From: Clostridia bacterium
Lineage (GTDB): Bacteria; Bacillota; Clostridia; Monoglobales; Monoglobaceae
Direction: 5' to 3'
Length of the DNA: 64,000 bases
Assembly (NCBI GenBank): GCA_045537065.1
Contig: JAZSOT010000015.1
Coordinates: 306-64,305, forward strand
Made by a program: the position numbers and the translations under genes
Notes under the pieces: model-generated
Databases searched by the model: none
Seen by the model: the letters and a program-made list of their open reading frames with translations, nothing else
Told to the model about the DNA's origin: nothing
In this document: positions 1-10,105 of the stretch, piece after piece
How the letters are laid out: each line of letters opens with the position of its first letter
Position numbering within the stretch: position 1 is the stretch's first letter

Positions 1-155
1 TTACAGTGAGGGCTATGGATAAAGATGGAAAGGTCAGAGAAATTGAAGGTGAAGGTCTTCTTGCAAGAGCCTTTTGTCATGAAATTGACCATCTTGATGG
101 TCATATGTTTATTGAAAAAGTCAGCGAATGGTATGACATGGAAAATGAAGAATAG
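1..155 (+). CDS. def: peptide deformylase, C-terminal fragment (gene begins upstream of window)
   Basis: Frame 3 reads ...[21 protein letters not shown]... and ends at TAG 153-155. HEIDH is the deformylase HExxH metal motif. def-fmt adjacency is canonical. Confidence 0.85.
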   Translation, partial: TVRAMDKDGKVREIEGEGLLARAFCHEIDHLDGHMFIEKVSEWYDMENEE

Positions 156-171
156 TTTTAGGAGATAAATT

Positions 172-1104
172 ATGAGAGTTTTATTTATGGGAACACCGGA
201 TTTTGCTGTGCCTTGCCTTGAAAGACTTATTAAGGATGGGCATGATGTTTGCGGTGTTGTTTCACAAAAGGATATGCCAAAAGGAAGAGGACATAAAATA
301 GTTCCGACACCTGTGAAAGAGTGTGCTATTAAAAATAATATTGATGTTTTTCAGCCGGAAACATTAAAGGACGGTGCTTTTTTCAGTGAGCTTAAAAAAC
401 TTAATCCTGATGTGATAATTGTTGTTGCTTACGGCAGAATTTTGCCTGAATATATTCTCAACTATCCCAAATATGGATGCATAAATATTCATGCATCGCT
501 GCTTCCTAAATATAGAGGTGCTGGCCCTATCCAATGGTGCCTTATCAATGGTGAAAAGGTTACGGGCGTTACTAGTATGTATATGGAAAAAGGGCTTGAT
601 ACAGGGGATATGCTATTGAAAGAAGAGACGGAAATAAAGGAAAATGAAAATTGTGCCGAGCTATATGAAAGACTTCGGAATATGGGTGCAGATGTTTTAT
701 CGAAAACACTTGTTTTAGCTGAGAAAGGAGAACTATCTCCTGAAAAGCAAAACGAAGATGAATCTTGTTATGCTCCAATGATAACAAAAGAAACGGGCAA
801 GATTGACTGGAATATGCCTGCAGAATCAATTATAAATTTAATCAGAGGAACTTATGTTTGGCCGGTTGCCCATACGCTTTATAAGGGTGAAAATTTAAAA
901 ATATATTCTGCTGTTATTGGTAATGAAAACACCAGTGATTTGCCTGGAAGTATTGTTAATATCGATAAGAAAAACATGGAAGTTAAATGCGGAGATAATA
1001 AAACGATTTTTCTCAAAGAGGTTCAGTTTCTTGGAAGTTCAAAGATGAGCATTGAAAGTTATTTGAATGGTCATAATATAGAAAAAGTAGTTTTGGGAGG
1101 ATAA
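172..1104 (+). CDS. fmt: methionyl-tRNA formyltransferase
   Basis: 310 aa. N-terminus MRVLFMGTPDFAVP and formyltransferase core HASLLPKYRGAGPIQW. AGGAG upstream. Follows def. Confidence 0.95.
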   Translation: MRVLFMGTPDFAVPCLERLIKDGHDVCGVVSQKDMPKGRGHKIVPTPVKECAIKNNIDVFQPETLKDGAFFSELKKLNPDVIIVVAYGRILPEYILNYPKYGCINIHASLLPKYRGAGPIQWCLINGEKVTGVTSMYMEKGLDTGDMLLKEETEIKENENCAELYERLRNMGADVLSKTLVLAEKGELSPEKQNEDESCYAPMITKETGKIDWNMPAESIINLIRGTYVWPVAHTLYKGENLKIYSAVIGNENTSDLPGSIVNIDKKNMEVKCGDNKTIFLKEVQFLGSSKMSIESYLNGHNIEKVVLGG

Positions 1105-1106
1105 TT

Positions 1107-1790
1107 ATGTTTTTTGATGTTTATTATTTAATATTCGTTGTTCCTGCACTTATTCTTGCTTTTTATGCACAGACAAAAGTTAATACAACATTTAATAAAT
1201 ATAGCAAAGTATATTCTTCAAGAGGAATAACAGCATATGATGTTGCAAAAAAAATCCTTAATATTAATGGACTTAACAATATAAGCATAGAAAGAGTTTC
1301 AGGAAATCTTACAGATCATTTTGACCCGAAAGCAAATGTTATAAGATTATCAGATTCAACATATTCAAGCACATCGGTTGGGGCTATCGGTGTTGCAGCA
1401 CATGAGGTTGGGCACGCAGTTCAGTATGCCGAAGGATATGCTCCTATTAAAATTAGAAACACAATAGTTCCTGTTGTTCAGTTTTCATCATATCTTGCAT
1501 GGCCTCTTGCTCTTTTAGGTATTGTTCTAGGCAGTTCAAGACTTGCAAATTTTGGTGTTTTATTATTTTCTGTTGTTGTTGCATTTCAGATAATAACTCT
1601 TCCTGTTGAACTTAATGCAAGTTCAAGAGCAATAAAAACACTTGATGAAAGCTTTATTCTTGAAGGCAATGAACTTGTCGGTGCGAAAAAAGTTTTAAAA
1701 GCAGCGGCTCTTACTTATATTGCTGCAGCGGCGGTTGCGATCGGAAACTTACTCAGACTTCTTGCTCTTACAGGCAGAAGCAGAGATTAA
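1107..1790 (+). CDS. membrane zinc metallopeptidase (YugP / Zn_peptidase_2-like)
   Basis: 227 aa. N- and C-terminal hydrophobic helices and HExxH motif (AAHEVGHAVQ). Confidence 0.75.
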   Translation: MFFDVYYLIFVVPALILAFYAQTKVNTTFNKYSKVYSSRGITAYDVAKKILNINGLNNISIERVSGNLTDHFDPKANVIRLSDSTYSSTSVGAIGVAAHEVGHAVQYAEGYAPIKIRNTIVPVVQFSSYLAWPLALLGIVLGSSRLANFGVLLFSVVVAFQIITLPVELNASSRAIKTLDESFILEGNELVGAKKVLKAAALTYIAAAAVAIGNLLRLLALTGRSRD

Positions 1791-1808
1791 AATTGAAAGG
1801 CGTTTTAT

Positions 1809-3104
1809 ATGAATATTAGAGAAGTGGCTCTTAAAATATTATATGAAGTTGATGTTAATAAAGCATATACCAATGCTCAGCTTGGCAAATTTCTTGCGTC
1901 AAGTGATATTGATTCAAGAGACAGAGCACTTCTTTTTGAGTTGGTTTCAGGCACGCTGAAAAATCGTATTAAAATTGATTATATTATATCTCAGTTTTCA
2001 AAGCTAAAGCTAAAAAAAATTTCTCCCTGGGTTATTAATATTTTAAGACTTGGAATTTATCAGATAATTTTTCTTGATAAAATTCCAAACTCTGCAGCTT
2101 GCAACGAAAGTACCAATCTTGCAAAGAGATATGCAAATAAAGGTAGTGTTGGTTTTGTAAATGGTGTTTTGAGAAATGTTTGCAGAGAAATTAATAATAT
2201 TTCATTTCCAGATAAGGATAAAAATTTAATTGAGTATTATTCCATTGAATATTCGTTTCCTAAATGGATAGTAGAAAAGCTTATAAGTGATTTTGGGGAA
2301 GAAAGAGCTTCTTTGTTTATGAGAGAGAGCAATAAACCTCACGGCACATATGTTAGAGTTAATTCTTTGAAAACGGACTGTGAAAGTATTCTTAAAGTTT
2401 TTGCTGACTTAGGTTTTAAAGCATATGTGTCTAATTTTGCAAAAAATATAATATATGTTTTATCGGGTGTTGATTTGACAAATCTTGATGAATATAAAGA
2501 AGGTCTTTATTCTCTTCAGAATGCAAGTTCAAAAAGGGCAGTTGATATTTTAAATCCTCAAAAAGGGGATATTGTTTTTGATTTGTGTGCCGCACCCGGG
2601 GGCAAAAGCTGTGCTTGTGCTGAAATGATGGGAAATGAGGGTGAAATTTATTCCTTTGATATTCATCAGCATAAGCTTGAATTAATTAATAATTCTGCTA
2701 AGAGACTTGGTATAAATATTATAAAAACCGGTTTGGCAGATTCACAGGTGTTAAATGAATCTCTTTTTAATAAAGCAGATAAAATTATAGCCGATGTTCC
2801 TTGTTCAGGTATAGGAACAATACATAAAAAACCTGATATAAAGTGGACACGAAGCGAAGAAGATATAAAAAGCCTAAGAAAGATACAGCTGAATACTTTA
2901 GATTGTGCATCGAAATATGTAAAGTGTGGCGGAGAAATTTTGTATAGCACCTGCACAGTTTTTAAAGAAGAAAATTCGGAGAACATAAATAAATTTTTAA
3001 ATAAAAATAAAAATTTTGAAAAGGTTTATGAAGAACAGATTTTAACAGGTGAAAAAGGGGAAACCGGATTTTATATATGTAAGATAAAAAAGGTTAGTGA
3101 GTAA
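1809..3104 (+). CDS. rsmB: 16S rRNA (cytosine967-C5)-methyltransferase
   Basis: 431 aa. NusB-like N-terminal domain and SAM methyltransferase motifs DLCAAPGGKS, DVPCSGIG, YSTCT. Conserved position after fmt. Confidence 0.9.
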   Translation: MNIREVALKILYEVDVNKAYTNAQLGKFLASSDIDSRDRALLFELVSGTLKNRIKIDYIISQFSKLKLKKISPWVINILRLGIYQIIFLDKIPNSAACNESTNLAKRYANKGSVGFVNGVLRNVCREINNISFPDKDKNLIEYYSIEYSFPKWIVEKLISDFGEERASLFMRESNKPHGTYVRVNSLKTDCESILKVFADLGFKAYVSNFAKNIIYVLSGVDLTNLDEYKEGLYSLQNASSKRAVDILNPQKGDIVFDLCAAPGGKSCACAEMMGNEGEIYSFDIHQHKLELINNSAKRLGINIIKTGLADSQVLNESLFNKADKIIADVPCSGIGTIHKKPDIKWTRSEEDIKSLRKIQLNTLDCASKYVKCGGEILYSTCTVFKEENSENINKFLNKNKNFEKVYEEQILTGEKGETGFYICKIKKVSE

Positions 3105-4133
3105 ATGGTTAATTTAAAGGATTTGACTTATGATGAAATAAAAAAGATGCTCAAGGAACTTTCCGAGCCTGAATACAGAGCAAAGCAAATTTTTTCCTGG
3201 CTTTATAAAGGGGTTAAAAGCTTTGATGAAATGACTGATATCTCAAAAAGTTTAAGGGAAAAGCTTTCCAAAGTTTCTTTTATATCTTCTATGGAAGTTG
3301 AAGAAAGATATATTTCCAAAATAGACGGAACAAGAAAATATCTTTTAAAACTTCAGGATGGAAATTTTATTGAATCAGTTTTAATGAAATACAGTCATGG
3401 TTATACGATTTGTGTTTCTTCTCAGGTTGGATGCAGAATGGGATGTAAATTCTGTGCATCTACCCTTAACGGCAAAGTCAGAAATCTTTCTGCAGGTGAA
3501 ATAACAGACCAGATCTTAACTGTCGGGAAAGATGCGGGAGTTAATATATCAAATATTGTTATGATGGGAATTGGAGAACCGTTTGATAATTTTGATAACT
3601 TACTTATTTTTCTTGAAAACATAACATCTGATAAAGGTATTAATATAGGAATGAGACATATAACTATTTCAACTTGCGGTTTGGTTGATAAAATGAGACT
3701 TTTGGCTGATAAGAAACTACAGCTTACGTTATCGGTTTCTCTTCATGCATCGAGAAATAGTATCAGGAACGAGATAATGCCTGTTAATAAGATGTATCCG
3801 ATAGAGGAAGTTATGGATGCATGCGATTATTATATCGAAAAAACAAACAGAAGAATTTCGTTTGAATATACGCTTATTAGTGGTGTTAATGATAACGAAA
3901 AAGAGGCAGAAGAATTGGCGAAATTACTGAAAGGTAAGCTTTGTCATGTAAATCTTATTCCTGTTAATCCGGTCAAGGAAACAGGATTTAAACGAACTGA
4001 CAGAAAAAATGCTGAAAAATTTCAGCTTTACTTAGAAAAAAAAGGAATACCAACAACTATCAGGAGAGAAATGGGCAGTGATATAAATGCTGCCTGCGGA
4101 CAGCTGAGAAACGAAAAGAGGGTGATAGAATGA
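3105..4133 (+). CDS. rlmN: 23S rRNA/tRNA adenine-C2 methyltransferase (radical SAM)
   Basis: 342 aa. Radical SAM CxxxCxxC (CRMGCKFC) and C-terminal GSDINAACGQL typical of RlmN. Confidence 0.95.
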   Translation: MVNLKDLTYDEIKKMLKELSEPEYRAKQIFSWLYKGVKSFDEMTDISKSLREKLSKVSFISSMEVEERYISKIDGTRKYLLKLQDGNFIESVLMKYSHGYTICVSSQVGCRMGCKFCASTLNGKVRNLSAGEITDQILTVGKDAGVNISNIVMMGIGEPFDNFDNLLIFLENITSDKGINIGMRHITISTCGLVDKMRLLADKKLQLTLSVSLHASRNSIRNEIMPVNKMYPIEEVMDACDYYIEKTNRRISFEYTLISGVNDNEKEAEELAKLLKGKLCHVNLIPVNPVKETGFKRTDRKNAEKFQLYLEKKGIPTTIRREMGSDINAACGQLRNEKRVIE

Positions 4134-4876
4134 AAATAATTGCATATGGTATATCGGATACCGGACTTGTCAGGGAAATCAATGAAGATAATTTTTTGAT
4201 TTCAGGATTTAATCAAAATTCAAATGACGGTTTTGTTATTTTGGCTGATGGTATGGGCGGACATAATGCAGGAGAGGTTGCAAGCGGTACTGCAGTCAGT
4301 ATCATTGGCGGAGAGCTTGAGAAAATATCAAATGATGCTGAAGCGGATAAAATAGTTTATGATATACTTGGTTCCGTAGATTATGCAAACAAAAAGATTT
4401 TTGATGAGGCTCAATCTGATTCTTCAAAAGTCGGAATGGGTTCAACGTTGATTATTGCATATGTAAGAGGTAAGAAAATGTTTGTTGCAAATATAGGTGA
4501 CAGCAGAGTATATATTAAAAACAAACAAAGTATTACGCAAATGACAGTTGACCATTCAATTGTTCAGGAGCTTGTTGATAAAGGAAGTATTACCCCTGAA
4601 GAAGCTCTTGTACATCCTGATAAAAATATTATTACAAGAGCTCTGGGAACAGAGAGAATAGTTGATGCTGATATGTTTGAATATGAACTTAGAGTTGGCG
4701 ATATTATTTTACTTTGCAGCGATGGTCTTTATGAAATGGTAAGAGATAATGTCATATCAGAGACTCTTAATAGTGTAGAAGATATTAAGGAGGCCACAAA
4801 GTGTCTTGTTAATTTAGCAAATGAGAACGGTGGCATTGATAATACAACGGTTGTTTTATTAAAGGTTACGGAATAG
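4130..4876 (+). CDS. stp: PP2C-family Ser/Thr protein phosphatase
   Basis: 248 aa. PPM motifs GISDTG, LADGMGGH, CSDGLY, GGIDNTTVV. ATGA overlap with rlmN. Immediately upstream of the kinase. Confidence 0.9.
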   Translation: MKIIAYGISDTGLVREINEDNFLISGFNQNSNDGFVILADGMGGHNAGEVASGTAVSIIGGELEKISNDAEADKIVYDILGSVDYANKKIFDEAQSDSSKVGMGSTLIIAYVRGKKMFVANIGDSRVYIKNKQSITQMTVDHSIVQELVDKGSITPEEALVHPDKNIITRALGTERIVDADMFEYELRVGDIILLCSDGLYEMVRDNVISETLNSVEDIKEATKCLVNLANENGGIDNTTVVLLKVTE

Positions 4877-4888
4877 GGAGGGGTAGTA

Positions 4889-6745
4889 ATGAATTTAACA
4901 GGAAAAGTTTTAGCAGACCGCTATGAAATACTGGAGGAAATTGGTGTTGGCGGAATGGCAGTTGTTTATAAGGCGAAATGTCTTGTTCTTAACAGATATG
5001 TTGCCATAAAAGTTCTCAGAGATGATTTAAAAGGGGACGAAGAATTTGTAAGAAGATTTAATGTTGAAGCACAGGCTGCAGCAAGTCTGACTCACCCTAA
5101 TATTGTGTCTATTTTTGATGTAGGAGAAGCGGGCACTCTTCATTATATTGTTATGGAATATGTTGAGGGGCAAACTTTAAAGGAATATATAGATGAAAAA
5201 CATGAACTTCCTTGGCGTGAAGCGGTTGATATTGCTATGCAGATTGCAAAAGGTCTTGAGATTGCTCATAAAAATTCTATTGTTCACAGAGATATAAAAC
5301 CTCATAATATTATGATAACGAAAGATGGTAATATAAAAGTTACTGACTTTGGTATTGCAAGAGCAAATTCACAAAAAACAATGACTGTTGAAAAAACAGC
5401 AATAGGGTCAGTTCATTATATTTCTCCTGAACAAGCAAAAGGTGGCTTTATTGACCACAGGTCAGACATTTATTCCTTAGGTATCGTTCTTTATGAAATG
5501 CTTACAGGTAGAGTTCCGTTCGATGACGAAAATTCAGTTACGGTCGCAATTAAACAAATTCAGGAAAAACCTGTACCGCCTTGCGAATATAACATTAGTA
5601 TTCCTATGCCTCTTGAACAGATAGTTCTAAAGGCTATTGCTAAGGAACCATCGGCAAGACAAAAGGATGCAGCTGAGTTCTATTCTGAACTTAATTCAAT
5701 TTTAAACGACCCTGACAGAATATTGAATTACGAGACGGATGCTCTTGCAAGTGACGAAACTCAAATATATAACCCAGTTGATGTTTCAAAGGATGAAACT
5801 ATAATTATTCCTAAGATTGACAGAGAAGAAATTAAGGAAGATGCAGAAATGGAAAAAAAGGTTCGTGAAAATCAGGTAAATGTTAAAATAGATAAAAATA
5901 AAGAACGCAAAGTAATTGTTTTTGCGGTTTTATCTGCTCTAGTTATGATATTTGCACTTCTTTTCGGTCTTGCTTCATTAATGGGGCTTACTGATGTTTT
6001 ATTCAGTGGTGGCGGAAATGTTGAAGTGCCGAGAATTGTCGGAATGTCATATGATGAGGCTATAGAAACATATAAAGAGGCAGGATTTAGCATTATCAAG
6101 GTTAAAGAAGTTGATTCAGACAAGGATGAGGGTATTATTCTATCTCAGGATCCTGAAGATGGAAGAAAAATTAAGAAAAACGATGAAATGAAAATTAATG
6201 TTGAGGTTAGTGGCGGTTCTAAAGATATTGTGCTTGATAGTTATTTGAAGTACACCGATAAGCGTAATGTTGAGATAGAAATGAAGAGAATTGGACTTAA
6301 TTGCGAGTTTATAGAAGAAGAAAGCGATGAAATTCCAAGCGGTGCTATTATAAGACAGTATCCAACATCAGGGTCTATTGTAAACAAAGGTGATTTAATC
6401 ACGTTTTATGTAAGCACCGGTCCTAAAAAAGAAGATGAAAGCACAGAAAATACAACTGAAAACAAGCCGGGAAATACAAATAATGATACACAAACTCAAA
6501 CTAATAATCAAGGAACCACAAGCAAGCCTGCAGACAAAAAAAGCACAATGCTTACAGTTTACGGACCTAAAGATAAAAGTGAGGCACATGTTCAGGTTAA
6601 GGTCAACGGAAAAGTTGCTTATGAAAAGAATATAAAAAATGGACAAAGCGAAGTTGTTAGGCTTGAAAGTCCTATGAGTACTGTTGATGTTGAAATTCTG
6701 TATGACGGAGTTTCAATGCAGAAGAAAACTATAAACCTTAAATAA
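4889..6745 (+). CDS. prkC: PASTA-domain Ser/Thr protein kinase
   Basis: 618 aa. Hanks kinase motifs (GVGGMAVVYKA, HRDIKPHN, DFGIA, SPEQ). One TM helix. Two PASTA-like repeats, a T/N/Q-rich linker and a beta-rich C-terminal domain. Confidence 0.9.
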   Translation: MNLTGKVLADRYEILEEIGVGGMAVVYKAKCLVLNRYVAIKVLRDDLKGDEEFVRRFNVEAQAAASLTHPNIVSIFDVGEAGTLHYIVMEYVEGQTLKEYIDEKHELPWREAVDIAMQIAKGLEIAHKNSIVHRDIKPHNIMITKDGNIKVTDFGIARANSQKTMTVEKTAIGSVHYISPEQAKGGFIDHRSDIYSLGIVLYEMLTGRVPFDDENSVTVAIKQIQEKPVPPCEYNISIPMPLEQIVLKAIAKEPSARQKDAAEFYSELNSILNDPDRILNYETDALASDETQIYNPVDVSKDETIIIPKIDREEIKEDAEMEKKVRENQVNVKIDKNKERKVIVFAVLSALVMIFALLFGLASLMGLTDVLFSGGGNVEVPRIVGMSYDEAIETYKEAGFSIIKVKEVDSDKDEGIILSQDPEDGRKIKKNDEMKINVEVSGGSKDIVLDSYLKYTDKRNVEIEMKRIGLNCEFIEEESDEIPSGAIIRQYPTSGSIVNKGDLITFYVSTGPKKEDESTENTTENKPGNTNNDTQTQTNNQGTTSKPADKKSTMLTVYGPKDKSEAHVQVKVNGKVAYEKNIKNGQSEVVRLESPMSTVDVEILYDGVSMQKKTINLK

Positions 6746-6765
6746 GGCAAACGGAGGTCTTTTGT

Positions 6766-7647
6766 TTGATAAGTGAATTAAAAGGGACGGTTTTAAAGGG
6801 AATTGGCGGATTTTACTATGTTTCAACCGAAGATGGTGTATATGAATGCAGAGCAAGAGGCTTATTCAGAAAACAGAATATAACGCCTCTTGTGGGGGAT
6901 TCTGTTATTCTCCGTTCTGTTGATGAAAATAATAAAACAGCTATGCTTTTTGAAATTGAGCCAAGAAAAAACTGTCTTAAAAGACCTGCTGTTTCAAATG
7001 TTGACTCACTTGTTGCAGTTATTTCTGTCGAAAATCCGAAACCAAATTTATTTCTTTTAGATAAGGTTATTGCTTCTGCTGAAAGGGCATTTGTAGATAT
7101 AATAATATGTATAAATAAAATGGACTTATCTGATAATTCCGAGTATTGTGATATTTACGAAAAGGCAGGTTTTGATGTTGTAACCTTTAGTGCCCTGAAT
7201 GGTGAGAATGTTGAAAAACTTAAAGAAAAACTTAAAAATAAAATTAATGTTTTTGCAGGTAATTCCGGTGTTGGTAAATCTAGTATAATTAATTGCCTTC
7301 TTGGCGATAATGTCTTTGAAACAGGAGAAATAAGTAAAAAAGCAGAAAGAGGAAGACATACAACCAGACATTCTGAATTAAGGGAGCTTCCGTTCGGAGG
7401 ATATATTATTGATACACCGGGTTTTGGAACTATTGAACTTGATGAAAGTAATCCAAAGGAACTTTCTGACTGCTTTAGAGAATTTGAAAGTTTTAAGCCT
7501 GATTGTAAATATTTGGATTGCAGTCACAGATGTGAAGATGGGTGTGCGGTTATAGAAGCTGTAAATTTCGGCAAAATAAGTAAAAGTCGTTATGAGAGTT
7601 ATTGTACCATTTGTGATGAAATTTTAAATAGCAAAAAAAGAGAATAA
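6766..7647 (+). CDS. rsgA: ribosome small-subunit biogenesis GTPase
   Basis: 293 aa. Circularly permuted GTPase motifs NKMDL then GNSGVGKSS. C-terminal Cys cluster (CSHRCEDGC). TTG start with GGAGG 8 nt upstream. Confidence 0.9.
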   Translation: MISELKGTVLKGIGGFYYVSTEDGVYECRARGLFRKQNITPLVGDSVILRSVDENNKTAMLFEIEPRKNCLKRPAVSNVDSLVAVISVENPKPNLFLLDKVIASAERAFVDIIICINKMDLSDNSEYCDIYEKAGFDVVTFSALNGENVEKLKEKLKNKINVFAGNSGVGKSSIINCLLGDNVFETGEISKKAERGRHTTRHSELRELPFGGYIIDTPGFGTIELDESNPKELSDCFREFESFKPDCKYLDCSHRCEDGCAVIEAVNFGKISKSRYESYCTICDEILNSKKRE

Positions 7648-7663
7648 AACGGAGGATGATAAA

Positions 7664-8332
7664 ATGCTTAATAAGAGTGGATTAATGATTGCGCCGTCTC
7701 TTCTTGCAGCTGACCAGATGAGACTTGGTGATGAAATAAAAAAAATAAAAGATGCAGGGGCAGATCTTCTTCATATAGATGTTATGGATGGTCATTTTGT
7801 TCCTAATCTGGCTTTTTCTCCTGATGTAGTCAAGGCTATAAGAAAAAGCTCGGATATATTTCTAGATGTTCATCTTATGATTTCAGAACCGTTAAAGTAT
7901 ATTGAAGTATTTAAGGAAGCTGGTGCTGATTTAATTACTGTTCACAGCGAAGTTGTGGATGATCTTGAAATGGTTTCCGAAAAAATACACGGTCTTGGCA
8001 TTATGGCAGGTGTTTGTGTTAAACCAAAGACAGATATTGAACCTGTTTTACCATATATTAAGAATTTTGATTTGCTTCTTATTATGACTGTTGAACCGGG
8101 TTTTGGCGGACAGTCGTATATGACTGAAATGAATGAAAAAATCAGAAAAGCAAGAAAATTTATTGATGATAACGGTCTTAGTGTACATATTCAGGTTGAC
8201 GGCGGTGTAAAGCCGGAGAATGCAGCTATGCCGTATGAGGCAGGCGCAAATATTCTTGTTGCAGGATCTGCTGTATTTAATGCACAAAGTCCTGAAGAGG
8301 CAGTTAAAAATTTAAAGAGTATTGAAATATAA
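7664..8332 (+). CDS. rpe: ribulose-phosphate 3-epimerase
   Basis: 222 aa. Motifs HIDVMDGHFVPN and MTVEPGFGGQ. Confidence 0.95.
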   Translation: MLNKSGLMIAPSLLAADQMRLGDEIKKIKDAGADLLHIDVMDGHFVPNLAFSPDVVKAIRKSSDIFLDVHLMISEPLKYIEVFKEAGADLITVHSEVVDDLEMVSEKIHGLGIMAGVCVKPKTDIEPVLPYIKNFDLLLIMTVEPGFGGQSYMTEMNEKIRKARKFIDDNGLSVHIQVDGGVKPENAAMPYEAGANILVAGSAVFNAQSPEEAVKNLKSIEI

Positions 8333-8344
8333 GGATGTATAATA

Positions 8345-8968
8345 ATGAAATGCTATATATTTTGTTCTTCATCTGATTGTGATGCGGAGTTTATAAGAAA
8401 AATGGATTTTTCGGATAGCTTTGTCATTTGTGCTGACGGAGGATTGAATTTAGCTGAAAAAAATGGAGTTAAAATAGATTTGTGGGTTGGTGATAGAGAT
8501 AGCTCATCATGTGATAGCTTAAATGTTGAAAAGATAATTTATCCCTCACAAAAAGATTTAACCGACACACATATTGCTGTTAATGAAGCACTAAAAAGAG
8601 GATATAGGGATATTTTTCTCGTTGGGGCAACGGGCGGACGGTTAGACCACGAATTTGCAAACTATTGCTTACTTAAATATATTTTGGAAAAAGGTGGTTT
8701 TGGTACAATTTTAAATCCGCAGAATTATGTTTTTATGACAGATAAGGATATAAAAATAAGCCCGAATGAAATGAAGTATGTATCTTTTTTTCCTTTTGGG
8801 GGAAATGTTACTGATTTTTCAGTTTATGGTGCTAAGTATTCTATTGATAGCCATACTTTAACTGATAATTCAACTTACACTGTCAGTAATGAGTTTATAA
8901 GTAACAAGGATATTTCTGTTAGTTTTGGAAAAGGATATCTTCTTGTTATGTGTTCCAAGGATAAATAA
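8345..8968 (+). CDS. thiN: thiamine diphosphokinase
   Basis: 207 aa. Motifs GDRDS and GATGGRLDH. Conserved position after rpe. Confidence 0.8.
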   Translation: MKCYIFCSSSDCDAEFIRKMDFSDSFVICADGGLNLAEKNGVKIDLWVGDRDSSSCDSLNVEKIIYPSQKDLTDTHIAVNEALKRGYRDIFLVGATGGRLDHEFANYCLLKYILEKGGFGTILNPQNYVFMTDKDIKISPNEMKYVSFFPFGGNVTDFSVYGAKYSIDSHTLTDNSTYTVSNEFISNKDISVSFGKGYLLVMCSKDK

Positions 8969-8987
8969 AATTCGGAGATGTGTTTTT

Positions 8988-9896
8988 ATGAAAAAAATGC
9001 TTTTTGTATTTAACCCTCATTCGGGAAAAGGGCAGATAAAAAATAAGCTTCTTGATATTCTTCTTTTATTTGTAAAGAAAGGATACAAGGTAGAAGTGCA
9101 TCCCACCCAGAGAAAAGGGGATGCCATGGAGATTACTAAAAGTAGTGCAAAGCAATATGATAGAATAGTGATTTCTGGCGGAGACGGAACTTTGAATGAG
9201 GTCGTTAACGGCTTATCATTAATTGAAAAAGAGAAAAGACCTGCAGTGGGGTATATACCGGCGGGGACAACAAATGATTTTGCTTCAAATCTTAAAATTC
9301 CTAAAAATATGATAAGGGCAGCAGAACTTGCAGTAGAAGAAAATGTTTTTAACTGTGATATAGGTTTGTTTGGAGACAAAAGGTTTTTATATGTTGCAGC
9401 GTTTGGTGTTTTGACTGATGTTGCATACAGCACTCCTCAAATGAACAAAAATTATTTCGGACAGCTTGCTTATATTCTTGAGGGTATGAAAAAACTTCCG
9501 AATTTGAAATCTTATGATATCGAAGTTATAACGGATGATAATAAGTATTCAGGAAAATTTATATTTGGTATGGCTTCAAACACGAACTATGTTGCTGGTA
9601 TTAAAACCCGAACTGGCTTGAGGGCAGATTTAAATGACGGTTTATTTGAAGTTTTTCTAATTAAGTCTCCCAAAAACATAATGGAATTTCAACTTGCAAT
9701 TTCTGATTTGATTTCTCAAAATTTTTCTTCTGAAAGATTTTTGATATTCAGGACAAAAAAAGCAAGATTTAAATTCAGTGAAGAGGTTCCATGGACCTTA
9801 GATGGTGAATTTGGCGGTAATATAGAGGATGTTGAAATATCCCTTGAAGAAAAGGGAATAAAATTTCTTTCAGGCTTTACTGAAAAAGGTAAATAA
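8988..9896 (+). CDS. diacylglycerol/lipid kinase family protein (DagK/YegS-like)
   Basis: ORF-track start 8925 overlaps thiN. ATG 8988 (MKKMLFVFNPHSGKG) has GGAG about 10 nt upstream. The GGDGT motif is present. Confidence 0.8.
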   Translation: MKKMLFVFNPHSGKGQIKNKLLDILLLFVKKGYKVEVHPTQRKGDAMEITKSSAKQYDRIVISGGDGTLNEVVNGLSLIEKEKRPAVGYIPAGTTNDFASNLKIPKNMIRAAELAVEENVFNCDIGLFGDKRFLYVAAFGVLTDVAYSTPQMNKNYFGQLAYILEGMKKLPNLKSYDIEVITDDNKYSGKFIFGMASNTNYVAGIKTRTGLRADLNDGLFEVFLIKSPKNIMEFQLAISDLISQNFSSERFLIFRTKKARFKFSEEVPWTLDGEFGGNIEDVEISLEEKGIKFLSGFTEKGK

Positions 9897-9903
9897 TATA
9901 AAA

Positions 9904-9930
9904 AGCTCACACAAACAGTGTGGGCTTTCT
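9904..9930 (+). terminator. intrinsic terminator after lipid kinase gene
   Basis: 9-bp stem AGCTCACAC / GTGTGGGCT with a 5-nt loop, followed by a T-rich tract. Confidence 0.5.
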
Positions 9931-10028
9931 TAGTTTTTAAAACTAAACAAATTATATTTATTAATATAGATTATATTGGCATTATTACTGAAAATTGGGA
10001 CATAATTATTTAAATTAGTAAATAAATG

Positions 10029-10057
10029 TTGAAAAACTTGAAAAAATATTGTATAAT
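10029..10057 (+). promoter_or_regulatory. sigma-A type promoter for rluB and the decarboxylase operon
   Basis: TTGAAA, 17-nt spacer, TGtTATAAT (extended -10), about 50 nt upstream of the rluB start. Confidence 0.4.
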
Positions 10058-10105
10058 AAATTTGACTTGGATATTTTTAGTATAAGTGTGAAAGGAGATT
10101 GCGAT

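Noticed and set aside
8925-8987. N-terminal extensions of track ORFs that overlap the preceding gene. Track starts affected: 8925, 10049, 17177, 17988, 22098, 47538, 52990, 34399.
   Set aside because: In each case a downstream start with a proper Shine-Dalgarno sequence reproduces the family-typical N-terminus. The extensions lack an RBS.
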